In this document: positions 19,258 through 29,318 of the stretch, piece after piece
Layout of the letters: each line of letters starts with the position of its first letter
Numbering within the stretch: position 1 is the stretch's first letter
The notes under the pieces: generated by a model
Database searches by the model: none
The model's input: the letters and a program-made list of their open reading frames with translations, nothing else
What the model was told of the DNA's origin: nothing
Position numbers and translations under genes: made by a program
From: Fibrobacter succinogenes
Lineage (GTDB): Bacteria; Fibrobacterota; Fibrobacteria; Fibrobacterales; Fibrobacteraceae
Direction: 5' to 3'
DNA length: 64,000 bases
NCBI GenBank assembly: GCA_902799745.1
Contig: CADCBQ010000007.1
Coordinates: 8,088 to 72,087 of the forward strand

Positions 19258-20064
19258 TTAGAACGACTTGGATGCAGCCTTTGCTTGTTTCCACATTTCT
19301 TGCAGGCCTTCGAGGCCAACGTCTTTCATTTCCTTGCCTTGGTCGCGGGCCATCTGTTCTACCACGCGGAAGCGACGTTCGAACTTGGAATTCGCACGTT
19401 CCAGCGCGAGAGCCGCATTGAAGCCGCAGTGGCGCGCCACATTCACCAAGCTGAACATGATATCGCCGAATTCATCTTCCATGTGTTCTATGTTGCGATT
19501 TTCAGGAGAAGCCGCTTGCATTTCGGCGCGGAATTCGCTAAATTCTTCGACAGCCTTGTTAAAGACAGGTTCAGCCTCGGTCCAGTCAAAACTCACTTTG
19601 GCGGCACGACGCTGAAGCTCTTGAGCACGGGCAAGCGTTGGCAAGCTTTTGCTTACTTTGTCCATAGCGGACTTGCCTTGCATTTTTAGATTGTTTTTTT
19701 CTTGCGCCTTGATGCGTTCCCACTGGCGGACAACGCCTTTCGAATCATCAACCTTGGCATCGCCAAAAACGTGCGGGTGGCGCCGGATCATTTTTTCGCA
19801 GATTCCCTGCACTACATCGTCGATTGAAAAATCGCCGTTTTCTTTCGCGACCTGCGAATGGAACACCACCTGGAATAACACATCGCCCAATTCTTCGGCC
19901 ATGTGAGCCTTGTCGTTTGCCTGGGCAGCATCGATGTATTCATGGGATTCTTCGACTAAATACGGGAGCAGCGACTGATGTGTCTGTTGCTTATCCCAAG
20001 GGCAACCCTCGGGGGAACGCAGGGTCGCCATAATTTTCACCAAGTCATCAAAGGAATATTTCAT
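19258..20064 (-). CDS. mazG: Nucleoside triphosphate pyrophosphohydrolase MazG
   Basis: LRSPEGCPWD..QT, EELGDVLFQVVFH, KMIRRHPHVF, second EFGD domain; start at 20064. Confidence 0.95.
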   Translation of the reverse strand: MKYSFDDLVKIMATLRSPEGCPWDKQQTHQSLLPYLVEESHEYIDAAQANDKAHMAEELGDVLFQVVFHSQVAKENGDFSIDDVVQGICEKMIRRHPHVFGDAKVDDSKGVVRQWERIKAQEKNNLKMQGKSAMDKVSKSLPTLARAQELQRRAAKVSFDWTEAEPVFNKAVEEFSEFRAEMQAASPENRNIEHMEDEFGDIMFSLVNVARHCGFNAALALERANSKFERRFRVVEQMARDQGKEMKDVGLEGLQEMWKQAKAASKSF

Positions 20065-20977
20065 GACAGACAAAGATAGAAAGTACGAAACACTCGAACC
20101 CAATCAATACCCGCTTTCACTCAAGGAATCTAGACTTGCGCCACCACGCCTATACTACCGAGGCACCTTACCTTCGAGCGATGCCATCGGCATCGCCATG
20201 GTAGGCACTCGTCGGCCAACCAGTTCCGCCCGCGAACTATGCAGGCGCCTCGTCAAGTCGCTGCAGGGCACCCACGCCGTTGTTGTGTCAGGGCTAGCAC
20301 AGGGAATCGACAGCTACTGCCACGAAGCCGCCATTGAATACGGAATACCGACGATTGCCGTTATCGCCCAAGGAATAAATGTTCGTATTTCAGGAGACCG
20401 CGCAACTCTCGCCATGCGCATAGTCGATGCAGGCGGTTGCATTATGACCGAATATGAAGACGACTTTCCTTCATTCAAGGGAAACTTCCCCGCACGTAAC
20501 AGAATCATCAGCGGACTCAGCCGCACAACCGTTTTAGTACAAAGTAAAGCCAAAGGAGGGGCTCTCATTACCGCCGATTACTGCTTGCAAGAAAACAAGC
20601 TTTTGCTCGCCGTGCCCGGAGATTTCGACAGTGAACCCGCCGGTGGCCCGAACCTCTATCTAGACCAAGGGAAAGCCATGCCCGTCTTTTTGCCAGAAAG
20701 CCTGCGTACCGTTGCCGGGCTCCCCAAAATTCTAAACGAAAGAAACGAACCCGAAGCAATCAGTCTAAAGCAGATCGAAGCCATCGGCTGCAACCTTTCT
20801 TGTGATGCATCGGCCCTTTTCAAGCAATTCAACGGATTCAAGAAGACTTTTCAGGAGTTGCAGGACGAATGTAACCTTAAGCCAGCCAATATTTTAGCTA
20901 TATTAACGGAGCTAGAACTTTCGGGGCTAGTCCACACACCGGACAACTTCCAGTTCTACTTTAACGGAGCAACTTGA
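20063..20977 (+). CDS. dprA: DNA-processing protein DprA
   Basis: AMVGTR, VVSGLAQGID..CH, FPARNRIISGLS, GGALITA, C-terminal winged helix (LTELELSG). Confidence 0.93.
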   Translation: MTDKDRKYETLEPNQYPLSLKESRLAPPRLYYRGTLPSSDAIGIAMVGTRRPTSSARELCRRLVKSLQGTHAVVVSGLAQGIDSYCHEAAIEYGIPTIAVIAQGINVRISGDRATLAMRIVDAGGCIMTEYEDDFPSFKGNFPARNRIISGLSRTTVLVQSKAKGGALITADYCLQENKLLLAVPGDFDSEPAGGPNLYLDQGKAMPVFLPESLRTVAGLPKILNERNEPEAISLKQIEAIGCNLSCDASALFKQFNGFKKTFQELQDECNLKPANILAILTELELSGLVHTPDNFQFYFNGAT

Positions 20978-20978
20978 C

Positions 20979-21263
20979 GTGAAAAAGCGTTTTTTCTGGA
21001 TAATCCTGTTTACGATAGTCGCAACCATCGCGATTGTCATTTCGCAGTTGATGTTCGGAAAAAACAGCCTCAAGCAACAGCAACGAATTACGCAAGACAT
21101 CGCGATGTATCAAGCGCAAATTGATTCGCTACAGCACGCAATCGATTCTTGCAACATCGAAATTGAACGGCTCAAGAAAGATTCTCTGTACAAAGAAGAA
21201 CTCTTACGTACCCGCTATGGCATGAGCCGTAAAGGCGAACGCGTTTTCCAGATGGTAAAATAA
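20979..21263 (+). CDS. Septum formation initiator (FtsB/DivIC family)
   Basis: Single TM, FGKNSL, coiled coil, R..YGM.RKGERVF. Confidence 0.85.
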   Translation: MKKRFFWIILFTIVATIAIVISQLMFGKNSLKQQQRITQDIAMYQAQIDSLQHAIDSCNIEIERLKKDSLYKEELLRTRYGMSRKGERVFQMVK

Positions 21264-21264
21264 C

Positions 21265-24200
21265 CTACGCCATCTTCGAGGCGTCAGTCGTATTTGTCGT
21301 TTCAACCTTGCCCGCAAAGAAGCTATAAGCAGCAGGCACGATAAAGAGCGTCATGAAGGTCGCAAATGTAAGACCACCTGCGATGGCGATACCCATCGCG
21401 ATACGGCTCGGAGTGCCCGTGAGAATCAAGGGCACGGCGCCCAATACAGTCGAAAGGCTAGTCATAAGGATTGGGCGGAAGCGGCGTTCCGCCGCCATCC
21501 GAGCCGCTTCGAGCTTGTTACAGCCGGTACTTGCCGCAATCTGGTTTGCAAATTCCACAATCAGAATACCGTTCTTCGTCACAAGTGCGATCAAGAGAAT
21601 CAGAGCAATCTCGCTAAAGATGTTGAGTGTCTGGCCCGTAATGAACAAGCACGCAAGCGCACCCGCCAAGGCAAGCGGCACAGTAAAGAAGATGACGAAC
21701 GGAGCGCGGAAACTTTCGAACTGGCCCGCAAGCACCAAGAAAACCAGCGCAAGCGCCAAGAGGAACACAATGTAGAGACCGCTGGAGCTTTCTTCGAATT
21801 CCTTCGAAGAACCGCTCAGAGCCGTACTCACGTTCGGGTAATCCTTCAGCAAGCGCTTTGCAATGCGGCGCATTTCTTCGACGCCGTCGCCAATCGTCTT
21901 GCCGGGCACAAGGCCCGCCTGAATAGTCGCGGCACTAAAGCGGTTGAATCTCGGGAGCGACGGCGATGCCGATTGCTCCGTAAAGGTGATAAAGTTATCG
22001 AGGCTTACAAGTTCACCCTTCGCATTCTTCACCGAAAGCATCGAGATATTTTCGGGCATGCTGCGGTACTGATACCCCACCGCACCAATGATATCATACT
22101 GGCGGCCATCCTTATAGAATTCACCGTAGCTCTGGTCGCTAATGGCAAGCTGTACCGCCTGCGCAATATCGTTCACCGATACGCCTTCTTCGTTCGCCTT
22201 GTCGCGCAAAATTTCAATATGGAGTTCCGGCTTGGTAAAGCGCAGGTTCGTATTCACCACGCTGAACACGGGGCTTTTGCTCGCTTCTTCTTCGAACTTG
22301 GGCACAAGTGTACGCAGGATTTCGATATTCGGAGCCTGCAACACGAACTGCACCGGAAGGCCACCGCGCTGGGTACTGATGCTTTGAGGTTCAAACACCA
22401 TCACGCGCAAGTCCGGATATTCGTTACCCAGCAACTGGATTTCACGAGCAATCACGCTCTGCGGGCGGCGCGCCTTTTTGTTGTCATTCAAGGTCAAGCG
22501 CATTCTCGAATTACCAGCATTCCATGCACCCGCCTGGAATTCGGTATATTCGTTGCTATCTAAAAGCCCAATCACTTCTTCGGCAAAGGCATCGGCCATG
22601 CGCTTGGTTCGCGTAAGCGTCACGCCTTCGGGCATATTCAAGTTCACCATGACCGCGTTCGAGTCTTCGGTCGGAGCCATTTCGCTACTCATATTGTCGA
22701 AGCAGAAATAAGCCGCAATCAAGAGCCCCGCCACAATCGGGAACAAGAGCAAACGCATTCTAAGGAATCCGCCGAGCAGCACCGAATAGATTCGGTTCAT
22801 TCCATCGAAAAACGGTTCTGTGACTCGGAAGAACCAGCCCTGTTTTTGCTTTTTCAAAAACTTGGAGCAAAGCATCGGCGAAAGGGTCAAGGCGCAAAGC
22901 GTCGAAAGGAATACCGTCCCGATCATCACCGCCACAAATTCACGGAACAGAAGACCCGTCGTACCGCCCAGAGCAAGCACCGGAACAAACACCGCCATAA
23001 GCACCACAGAGGTTGCAATCACAGCAAAAAAGATTTCATTCGTGCCCGCCACAGCCGCCTGCTTAGGCGTCATGCCACGTTCAATCTTATGATAAATGTT
23101 TTCCACAATCACGATGGCATCGTCAACCACAAGGCCAATGGCCAGCACCATCGCAAGCAAAGTCAGCACGTTAATCGAGAATCCGCACAGGTAAAGCACA
23201 AAGAAGCTACCGATCACCGATACCGGCACCACCACCATCGGAATCAGTGTCGTGCGACCTTCACGGAGGAATGCAAAGATAATCGCAATCACCAACAGGA
23301 ACGCAATGAAAATCGTCTCCACCACTTCTTTAATGGAAGCACGGATATTAATCGAAGTATCGCGACCGTAAAGGACATCGACACCTTCAGGAATTTCGCG
23401 ACGGATATCTTCTACGCGCTTGTAGAATTCATCGGCTATTTCCACATGATTCGAACCGGGCTGCGCCATCAACGCAAGCGTAATGGAATTTTTGCCGTTG
23501 CGTCTAAAGCCTGTACGCGTATCCTTAGGCTCATAATGAATATCGGCCACATCGGAAATGCAAATCACGGTGCCATCGGCAGCCGTCTTAATGGCAATAT
23601 TTTCAAAAGCCTTCGGGTCAAGAATTCGACCGAGCGTACGAATCGAAAGCGTGGTTTCGCTACCTTCGATAGAGCCAGAAGGCAGTTCCAAGTTTCCCTT
23701 CTTGAGAGCAGCCGACATTTCTGCACCAGAAACGCCTAAAGCCTGCAAGCGCACCGGATCAATCCACAAACGAACCGTCGGACGTTTCTCGCCCCAGATT
23801 GCAATTTCAGAAACACCGTTGATGGTCTGCAAGCGTTCCTTGACAAAGTTGTTCGCCAGTTCCGAGACTTCCATCGGATCGAGCTTGTCGCTCACAAGGC
23901 TCACCATCAAAATCGGGTCGTTATCGCTGTCGGATTTATAGACAGTCGGTTCATCGACATCATCTGGCAAACGACGACGCACGCGGCTCACGCGGTCGCG
24001 GATTTCGTTGGCAGCCGCTTCTAGGTCCATACCGGTTTCAAATTCAATATTAATGAAGGAGAAGCCATCGCGGCTTGTAGAAGTCAGCGCTTTGATACCA
24101 GACGCACTGTTGATGGAAGCTTCCAGGATTTCAGTGACTTCGGCTTCGACCACAGCTGCGTTTGCGCCTGGATACGAGGTACGAACCTGAATGAGCGGAT

Positions 24201-24324
24201 AGTCAACATTCGGGTATTCGCGCACGCCCAAGTTCGACGCACCAAAGGCGCCAAGCAAAATAATCACTAGCGCCATCACGGTCATAAGGACCGGGCGACG
24301 TACGGAAAGGTTCGCGACACTCAT
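21265..24324 (-). CDS. RND efflux transporter permease (AcrB/HAE1 family)
   Basis: YPGANA..VE..VT, LAIGLVVDDAIVIVENI, KNGILIVEFA, RFRPILMTS; 1019 aa. Confidence 0.95.
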   Translation of the reverse strand: MSVANLSVRRPVLMTVMALVIILLGAFGASNLGVREYPNVDYPLIQVRTSYPGANAAVVEAEVTEILEASINSASGIKALTSTSRDGFSFINIEFETGMDLEAAANEIRDRVSRVRRRLPDDVDEPTVYKSDSDNDPILMVSLVSDKLDPMEVSELANNFVKERLQTINGVSEIAIWGEKRPTVRLWIDPVRLQALGVSGAEMSAALKKGNLELPSGSIEGSETTLSIRTLGRILDPKAFENIAIKTAADGTVICISDVADIHYEPKDTRTGFRRNGKNSITLALMAQPGSNHVEIADEFYKRVEDIRREIPEGVDVLYGRDTSINIRASIKEVVETIFIAFLLVIAIIFAFLREGRTTLIPMVVVPVSVIGSFFVLYLCGFSINVLTLLAMVLAIGLVVDDAIVIVENIYHKIERGMTPKQAAVAGTNEIFFAVIATSVVLMAVFVPVLALGGTTGLLFREFVAVMIGTVFLSTLCALTLSPMLCSKFLKKQKQGWFFRVTEPFFDGMNRIYSVLLGGFLRMRLLLFPIVAGLLIAAYFCFDNMSSEMAPTEDSNAVMVNLNMPEGVTLTRTKRMADAFAEEVIGLLDSNEYTEFQAGAWNAGNSRMRLTLNDNKKARRPQSVIAREIQLLGNEYPDLRVMVFEPQSISTQRGGLPVQFVLQAPNIEILRTLVPKFEEEASKSPVFSVVNTNLRFTKPELHIEILRDKANEEGVSVNDIAQAVQLAISDQSYGEFYKDGRQYDIIGAVGYQYRSMPENISMLSVKNAKGELVSLDNFITFTEQSASPSLPRFNRFSAATIQAGLVPGKTIGDGVEEMRRIAKRLLKDYPNVSTALSGSSKEFEESSSGLYIVFLLALALVFLVLAGQFESFRAPFVIFFTVPLALAGALACLFITGQTLNIFSEIALILLIALVTKNGILIVEFANQIAASTGCNKLEAARMAAERRFRPILMTSLSTVLGAVPLILTGTPSRIAMGIAIAGGLTFATFMTLFIVPAAYSFFAGKVETTNTTDASKMA

Positions 24325-24331
24325 CGTTCAC

Positions 24332-25456
24332 CTACTCCACTTCGTAATCGGTATTATGACGGATTTCGCGGATACGGACAGAAGCACCTTCGCGAAGGCT
24401 AATCAAGCCAGAGGTAATCACCGTATCGCCTTCATCGAGACCACCCGTTACATCCACCGCAATCGGTGTGCGAAGCCCCGTTTCAACATGCTTGATTTTA
24501 GCCTTGCCGCCAGTCGCCACAAACACGTAGGCGCCATCTTTATCGAGCGTGAAAGCTTCTGCCGGAATCGGAATGCTTTTGGCCATTCCCGTCTGCATGG
24601 AAACATTCACCTTGGCGTAAGAGCCAGCCAAAAGTTCATTGCCGGCGTTTTCGACTTCGACAAGCACCTGGCGCGTGCGGCTGCTTTCAGAAAGTGCAGC
24701 CTCCAAAGCCTTCACCTTGCCGGACTTAGCCACATTGCGTTCTTCGTCCTTTACATCTACGGCATCGCCCACTTTAAGTGTCGAGGCATAGCGCTGCGGG
24801 AGAGCAAACTTGGCTTTTAGTTTCTTGACTTCGCTCAAAGAAACAATCGATGTACCCGTCGTAAGCCAGGCGCCCACAGACACATTCACAAAGCCGAGCT
24901 TGCCTGCAAACGGGGCGCGAACTTCGGTCTTTGCAATTTGCGCCTTGATAAGTTCTACAGAAGCTTCGGCAGATTTGAGCGAAGCATCAGCAGCTTCCAT
25001 GTCAGCCTTAGTAGCACCGTCTTTTTCGAAAAGCGTCTTGACGCGGTCAAACTTTTGCTGAGCGAGCTGTTGGTTCGATTCCGCCTGCTTGAGTTGCGCA
25101 CGGAGTTCGGAATCATCAATTTTAGCGAGGAGCGTACCCTTTTGAACTTGGGCGCCGTCTTTTGCATAAATGTTCGTGAGTCTGCCCGAAGCAGCCGCCG
25201 TCAGCTGTACATTATTCAGCGGTTCAAGCGTGGCCATGGCAGTAAAAGTCTTGCCCGATTCGTGGGCCTCGGCAATATAGCCTTCAACAGCGATTTCGCG
25301 AGCGGGTCTGCCGCCAGGGCCACCTTTGCCACCGGGGCCGCCCTTACCAGCAGGACCAGGAGCACCTTTAGAAGAAGCATCCTCACTACCGCATGCGACT
25401 AGAAAAAACAGTATAAAAATGGGGATAAGAATCTTTTTCACGATATTTAGATGCAT
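24332..25456 (-). CDS. RND periplasmic adaptor (membrane fusion) lipoprotein
   Basis: Lipobox LVAC; G..V.KG.LLA.ID, RAPFAG, GLDEGDTVIT. Confidence 0.93.
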   Translation of the reverse strand: MHLNIVKKILIPIFILFFLVACGSEDASSKGAPGPAGKGGPGGKGGPGGRPAREIAVEGYIAEAHESGKTFTAMATLEPLNNVQLTAAASGRLTNIYAKDGAQVQKGTLLAKIDDSELRAQLKQAESNQQLAQQKFDRVKTLFEKDGATKADMEAADASLKSAEASVELIKAQIAKTEVRAPFAGKLGFVNVSVGAWLTTGTSIVSLSEVKKLKAKFALPQRYASTLKVGDAVDVKDEERNVAKSGKVKALEAALSESSRTRQVLVEVENAGNELLAGSYAKVNVSMQTGMAKSIPIPAEAFTLDKDGAYVFVATGGKAKIKHVETGLRTPIAVDVTGGLDEGDTVITSGLISLREGASVRIREIRHNTDYEVE

Positions 25457-25502
25457 CTTTGGTTCAATGGGTTGCAAAATCTAGAAAAAAACACGCACTC
25501 TC

Positions 25503-26615
25503 TTAATCCCAACCGAATTCTGAGCGCATCCAAGCGCTCATGCGAGTCGCATCTTCAAGAGCCTCAATCTTGGTCGGGTGGAAATACAAATAGGAGGGTG
25601 AGTCCCCTCTTGGTTCAAACGAGAATCGATAAATACCATTTAGCCCCTGATTTTCAAGGGTTTGTTTTGCCGCATCTAAGGCTCGGCGGCATTCTTCCAT
25701 GTACAATCCAGTTAACATCGGCCCGTCCAGCAGTACAATCTTGGCATCTGGATGATACGAGCGGAGCTTTTGAACAAAAGCAATTATAGCATTCACGAAC
25801 TGAGCAGAATCATTTTCATTACTAGCATAATCATTCGTTCCAAGGCCAATCACAATAGCATCAGGATGCCAACTTTCATGATTCCAATTGGGAGCCGTAC
25901 TAAAAAAACCGGAGCGTTCATATGCAATCGGAAGAAGTTCATCCTTTGATCCATCCACATTGATGTAAACACCATGACCGCTATAGCAGATCGTATGGAT
26001 TTCCGCACCTAGTATTCTTCCCGTCTGTCCCGCATAGCTATAATACGAATCCTCATTCACCGGGTCAAAAGCCAACCCAAATCCAGGAGCAACGACATCA
26101 CAGCCACACGTTATGGAATTTCCGATAAACTCAATTTTTCTTTCCGCCGGCTCAGGCACAATATCTTTGGGGATCCGCCCGAAGACACGAACACCATAAA
26201 AATACCAATCACCGACAAAACCTTCGCTCTTTTTATACAAGGTAACAACATGTTCGCCGTAAGGCAAATCAGAGACAATTGGAATCGTGACCGGATTTCC
26301 ATCAGCATAAGTGATTTCATAAGCAGCCGAGACTTCGACATTTCCATCTACTAAGACATCTAGTAAAAGATCTCGATTTGTCCCTATTTTCGCTTCGAGA
26401 GACGTTCCCACAAAAGCGATTGTAACGGATGTGGCCGACCAAGACAGCACAACATGGTCGTCCTGTTCAAAACTTCGTCCCGAAATTCGCAAAAGATCCG
26501 AGTCGTAAGGAATCCAGGTCCATTTTATTTCTTCATCAGAATAAAATTCACTATTGCTGCACGAGGCAACAATCAATGAACAGATTAACGCAATAAAGAA
26601 CCCAAACCTCCTCAT
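25503..26615 (-). CDS. SGNH hydrolase lipoprotein, carbohydrate esterase family 2-like
   Basis: Lipobox IVASC; jelly-roll N-domain; KIEFIGNSITCG, SGHG, GLGTND, C-terminal HP. Confidence 0.85.
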   Translation of the reverse strand: MRRFGFFIALICSLIVASCSNSEFYSDEEIKWTWIPYDSDLLRISGRSFEQDDHVVLSWSATSVTIAFVGTSLEAKIGTNRDLLLDVLVDGNVEVSAAYEITYADGNPVTIPIVSDLPYGEHVVTLYKKSEGFVGDWYFYGVRVFGRIPKDIVPEPAERKIEFIGNSITCGCDVVAPGFGLAFDPVNEDSYYSYAGQTGRILGAEIHTICYSGHGVYINVDGSKDELLPIAYERSGFFSTAPNWNHESWHPDAIVIGLGTNDYASNENDSAQFVNAIIAFVQKLRSYHPDAKIVLLDGPMLTGLYMEECRRALDAAKQTLENQGLNGIYRFSFEPRGDSPSYLYFHPTKIEALEDATRMSAWMRSEFGWD

Positions 26616-26639
26616 CGCGATACCCCGCATATAACCCAC

Positions 26640-27350
26640 CTAGAATCTAACGTTCATTAAAAGCCCGCTACCATCTTCGTAAAATTCAGGCACAAACTCC
26701 AATCGTTCCGTAAAAGACTTTGAAGACGTTGCTCGGTAAATACGGATCGTATTCAGCATCGAAACAACACGATTTAAAAGAAGCGCGCCAACGGACACCT
26801 GGAATACAATGCGGCTTACGCGATAATGGCGCATGCGGCTTTTGAACTCATCGATATGTTCAGTCGTTTCAGGATTGTCGCTAGAGCCCCAATCCCATTG
26901 AATATCTTCATCCAGATCTTCATCGATATTTTTACCCGAGCGGATCATCGCCTGGTTATAGTCTTCTTCCATATCGGGCGAAGAATTCTGACCAGCAACC
27001 CCTCCGCGGCTACGATAATCGCCTACCGTATTGAGCATATCTACATTACGGCTATTCGAATTAAGGCCTGCATGCCTTACCGCGTAATTATGAGCCGATG
27101 TGATGTAGCGCTCCCCAATCGCATAGGAACCGATCGCCGTAAACCAAAGGGCAATATCAGTCCAAACAAAGGGGCGTACAAACTGACGTTCACCCAAATA
27201 CAGTTCGCCCATACCCGGCAACAGCGCCGACGAGCCCATGGCAAGCAGCCAGCTCTTGTCAGAATTCTTGCTCACGCTTTCATCAACAGAAACGACCACC
27301 TGCGAAAACGCAGACGCTGCAGCAAGCAACAGAACCAAGAGAAACTTCAT
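26640..27350 (-). CDS. DUF5683-like exported protein
   Basis: Signal peptide; SALLPGMGELYLG; NRVVSM; terminal NVRF. Confidence 0.75.
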   Translation of the reverse strand: MKFLLVLLLAAASAFSQVVVSVDESVSKNSDKSWLLAMGSSALLPGMGELYLGERQFVRPFVWTDIALWFTAIGSYAIGERYITSAHNYAVRHAGLNSNSRNVDMLNTVGDYRSRGGVAGQNSSPDMEEDYNQAMIRSGKNIDEDLDEDIQWDWGSSDNPETTEHIDEFKSRMRHYRVSRIVFQVSVGALLLNRVVSMLNTIRIYRATSSKSFTERLEFVPEFYEDGSGLLMNVRF

Positions 27351-28816
27351 TAGAATCCCCAGCTAGCCTGCACGTTAAAGCCAAAGCCTTCGACAAAGGA
27401 GAGTCCGCTGTCAAAGCGCAAGTGATCGTACCAGGAAAGGTCTTCTTCGTACAAGGACTTATTGTGCTTATTGGCAGAAATTGCCGCATCAATTGCAGAC
27501 ACGATATGGTTTATAATAAGGCCACCAAAGAACCAGGCCTGCATATCGGCATAGTCATTAGCCTTGCTGCGAAGACTGCGATATTTCTTCAAGTTGCTAG
27601 AGGAGCCCAACTTTTCCGTTGCCGAATTCGGATCTTCCAAGGCAAGAGCTGTTGCTACAGCGGCGTCCTCGACATCATCCCAACCAAGCACATAGGCATT
27701 GTCGGAAATCAGCTGATAAACTTCAGACGGAGAATCGAACTTGACCTTGTTCATTTCGTCCTTCATGCTCTTGGGAGAATTCACAAAATCATTCACATAT
27801 TCGTAATCGTTATGATACAGCTTGTCGCGGTCATAGCAACCATGCATCGTGGCGATTCCGAAAATGCCTTCGCAGAAGCTTTCGCGGCTACCCAGGTAGC
27901 GGCGACGGAACTCAGATTCATAGTTAACCGCATCGGCATTGTACAAGTCGCGCATGCCACGTTCGTAGCGGCCAATGGAATAGTGCGCCTTGGCAAAATC
28001 CTTGTACTTATCCACCTGTTGATTGTACTTGTGCACCGAGAAGTAGTACCAACTACCCCACAAGGCTGCTTCGAGAGCAAGGTAAACACCGCCACGGGCA
28101 TAGGTGAATCCGGAACCGCCCACATACATCTGGCCTGCGCCCGGAACAACCAAGGACATGAACAAGGCCTTACGCGGACTCTTGTAACGACCCTTCATTT
28201 CGTCGATACCGTTCACCTTGGAAACCTTGACAGGGCCCAGCAGTTCGCGGCGGCTCATGCTGCTAGACGAAGGAGCTTCGGCTACAGAAGATGAGCTGGG
28301 AAGCATTGCCAAAGAATCGCGAATGCGGTTTTCTTCGTTATGCCTTTTCATTTCGGCGGCGTAAGCTTCTTCAGGAGTCATTTCCCTGACGGAATCGCCG
28401 GCGAGAGAATCAACGAAAGCAGAATCAACATCGGCCGGAGCTTCGGCAACCGCTGCGGCAGAATCAACCGGAGCAGGAACTTCGCTACTAGAAGAAACGG
28501 CGACCGAACTAGAAGAAAGTGCGACGCTTGAACTAGAAGCAACAACGCTACTAGAGGATTGCTGAACGCTGCTGGAAGAAGCAACCGAGCTAGACGAAAC
28601 CTTCACACTGCTGCTAGATGCAGGGGCGGGTTTCGCAGCAGGAGCGGGCTTCGCCGCAACGCTACTGGAACTCGGAGCGGCTTGGACAGCCGCACTGGAC
28701 TGAGCCGCTTCGGCTTCGGCCTCGAACTCCGCAAAAAGGTCACGGGGTTGGGCAAAAGACTGGGCAACAAAGACACTGGCCACACAGGCGATAAGAGAAT
28801 AGGCAAACTTGCGCAT
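27350..28816 (-). CDS. DUF5683-like exported protein with poly-Ser linker
   Basis: Signal peptide; SSSS linker; KSPRKALFMSLVVPGAGQMYVG; NHIVSAIDA; terminal SWGF. Confidence 0.8.
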   Translation of the reverse strand: MRKFAYSLIACVASVFVAQSFAQPRDLFAEFEAEAEAAQSSAAVQAAPSSSSVAAKPAPAAKPAPASSSSVKVSSSSVASSSSVQQSSSSVVASSSSVALSSSSVAVSSSSEVPAPVDSAAAVAEAPADVDSAFVDSLAGDSVREMTPEEAYAAEMKRHNEENRIRDSLAMLPSSSSVAEAPSSSSMSRRELLGPVKVSKVNGIDEMKGRYKSPRKALFMSLVVPGAGQMYVGGSGFTYARGGVYLALEAALWGSWYYFSVHKYNQQVDKYKDFAKAHYSIGRYERGMRDLYNADAVNYESEFRRRYLGSRESFCEGIFGIATMHGCYDRDKLYHNDYEYVNDFVNSPKSMKDEMNKVKFDSPSEVYQLISDNAYVLGWDDVEDAAVATALALEDPNSATEKLGSSSNLKKYRSLRSKANDYADMQAWFFGGLIINHIVSAIDAAISANKHNKSLYEEDLSWYDHLRFDSGLSFVEGFGFNVQASWGF

Positions 28817-29027
28817 ATATCGCTAAAATAGCAAAAAACGGGCATTTAGACGCATAAAAAGCCACTAGTTATTAGTTATTCGTAATTGTTTTTCAACATA
28901 AAAGAAAAATTCCCCGACAAAGCCGGAGAATAGGCAACAATTGACGCTTTTATATAAACACAAAGAACCACCTAGCGAGGGAATACCCCGTTAGGCGGTG
29001 AATCTTGGCAAACCTTAGAGATCTAGA

Positions 29028-29249
29028 TTAGATGCCGAGTTCCTGAGCAACAGCCTGGATACCAAGCTTGTTGATCGTGCGGAGACCAGCAGCGCTCACG
29101 CGGAGCGTCACCCAGCGGTCTTCTTCAGGAATGTAGAAACGCTTCTTCTGAAGGTTCGGCAGCTGCTTCATCAACTTCTTGCGGTTAGAGTGGGAAACCA
29201 TGTTGCCCACGAGGCCGGCCTTGCCGGTAACTTCACAAATGCGGCTCAT
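29028..29249 (-). CDS. rpmB: 50S ribosomal protein L28
   Basis: MSRICEVTGK...GNMVSHSN...PNLQKKRF...LRVSAAGLRTI. Confidence 0.96.
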   Translation of the reverse strand: MSRICEVTGKAGLVGNMVSHSNRKKLMKQLPNLQKKRFYIPEEDRWVTLRVSAAGLRTINKLGIQAVAQELGI

Positions 29250-29318
29250 AATAAACTCCGTTGTTTTATAACGGACGCAATTTTAGAAAAAAATCGCCAT
29301 TCCGTCAAGGTTAAATTA

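Noticed and set aside
18967-19421. Short ORFs between fusA and mazG (86 aa minus, 111 aa plus)
   Set aside because: They cross terminators or overlap mazG and have no coding signature; an RNA explanation fits better.
21265-25456. RND pump without an adjacent TolC gene
   Set aside because: This is common; the outer-membrane factor is often encoded elsewhere.
28866-28886. TAGTTAT heptamer run, and the GAGACGA pair inside the coaBC linker (~48195-48210)
   Set aside because: Only 2-3 units each; possibly repeat remnants but too short to support separately.
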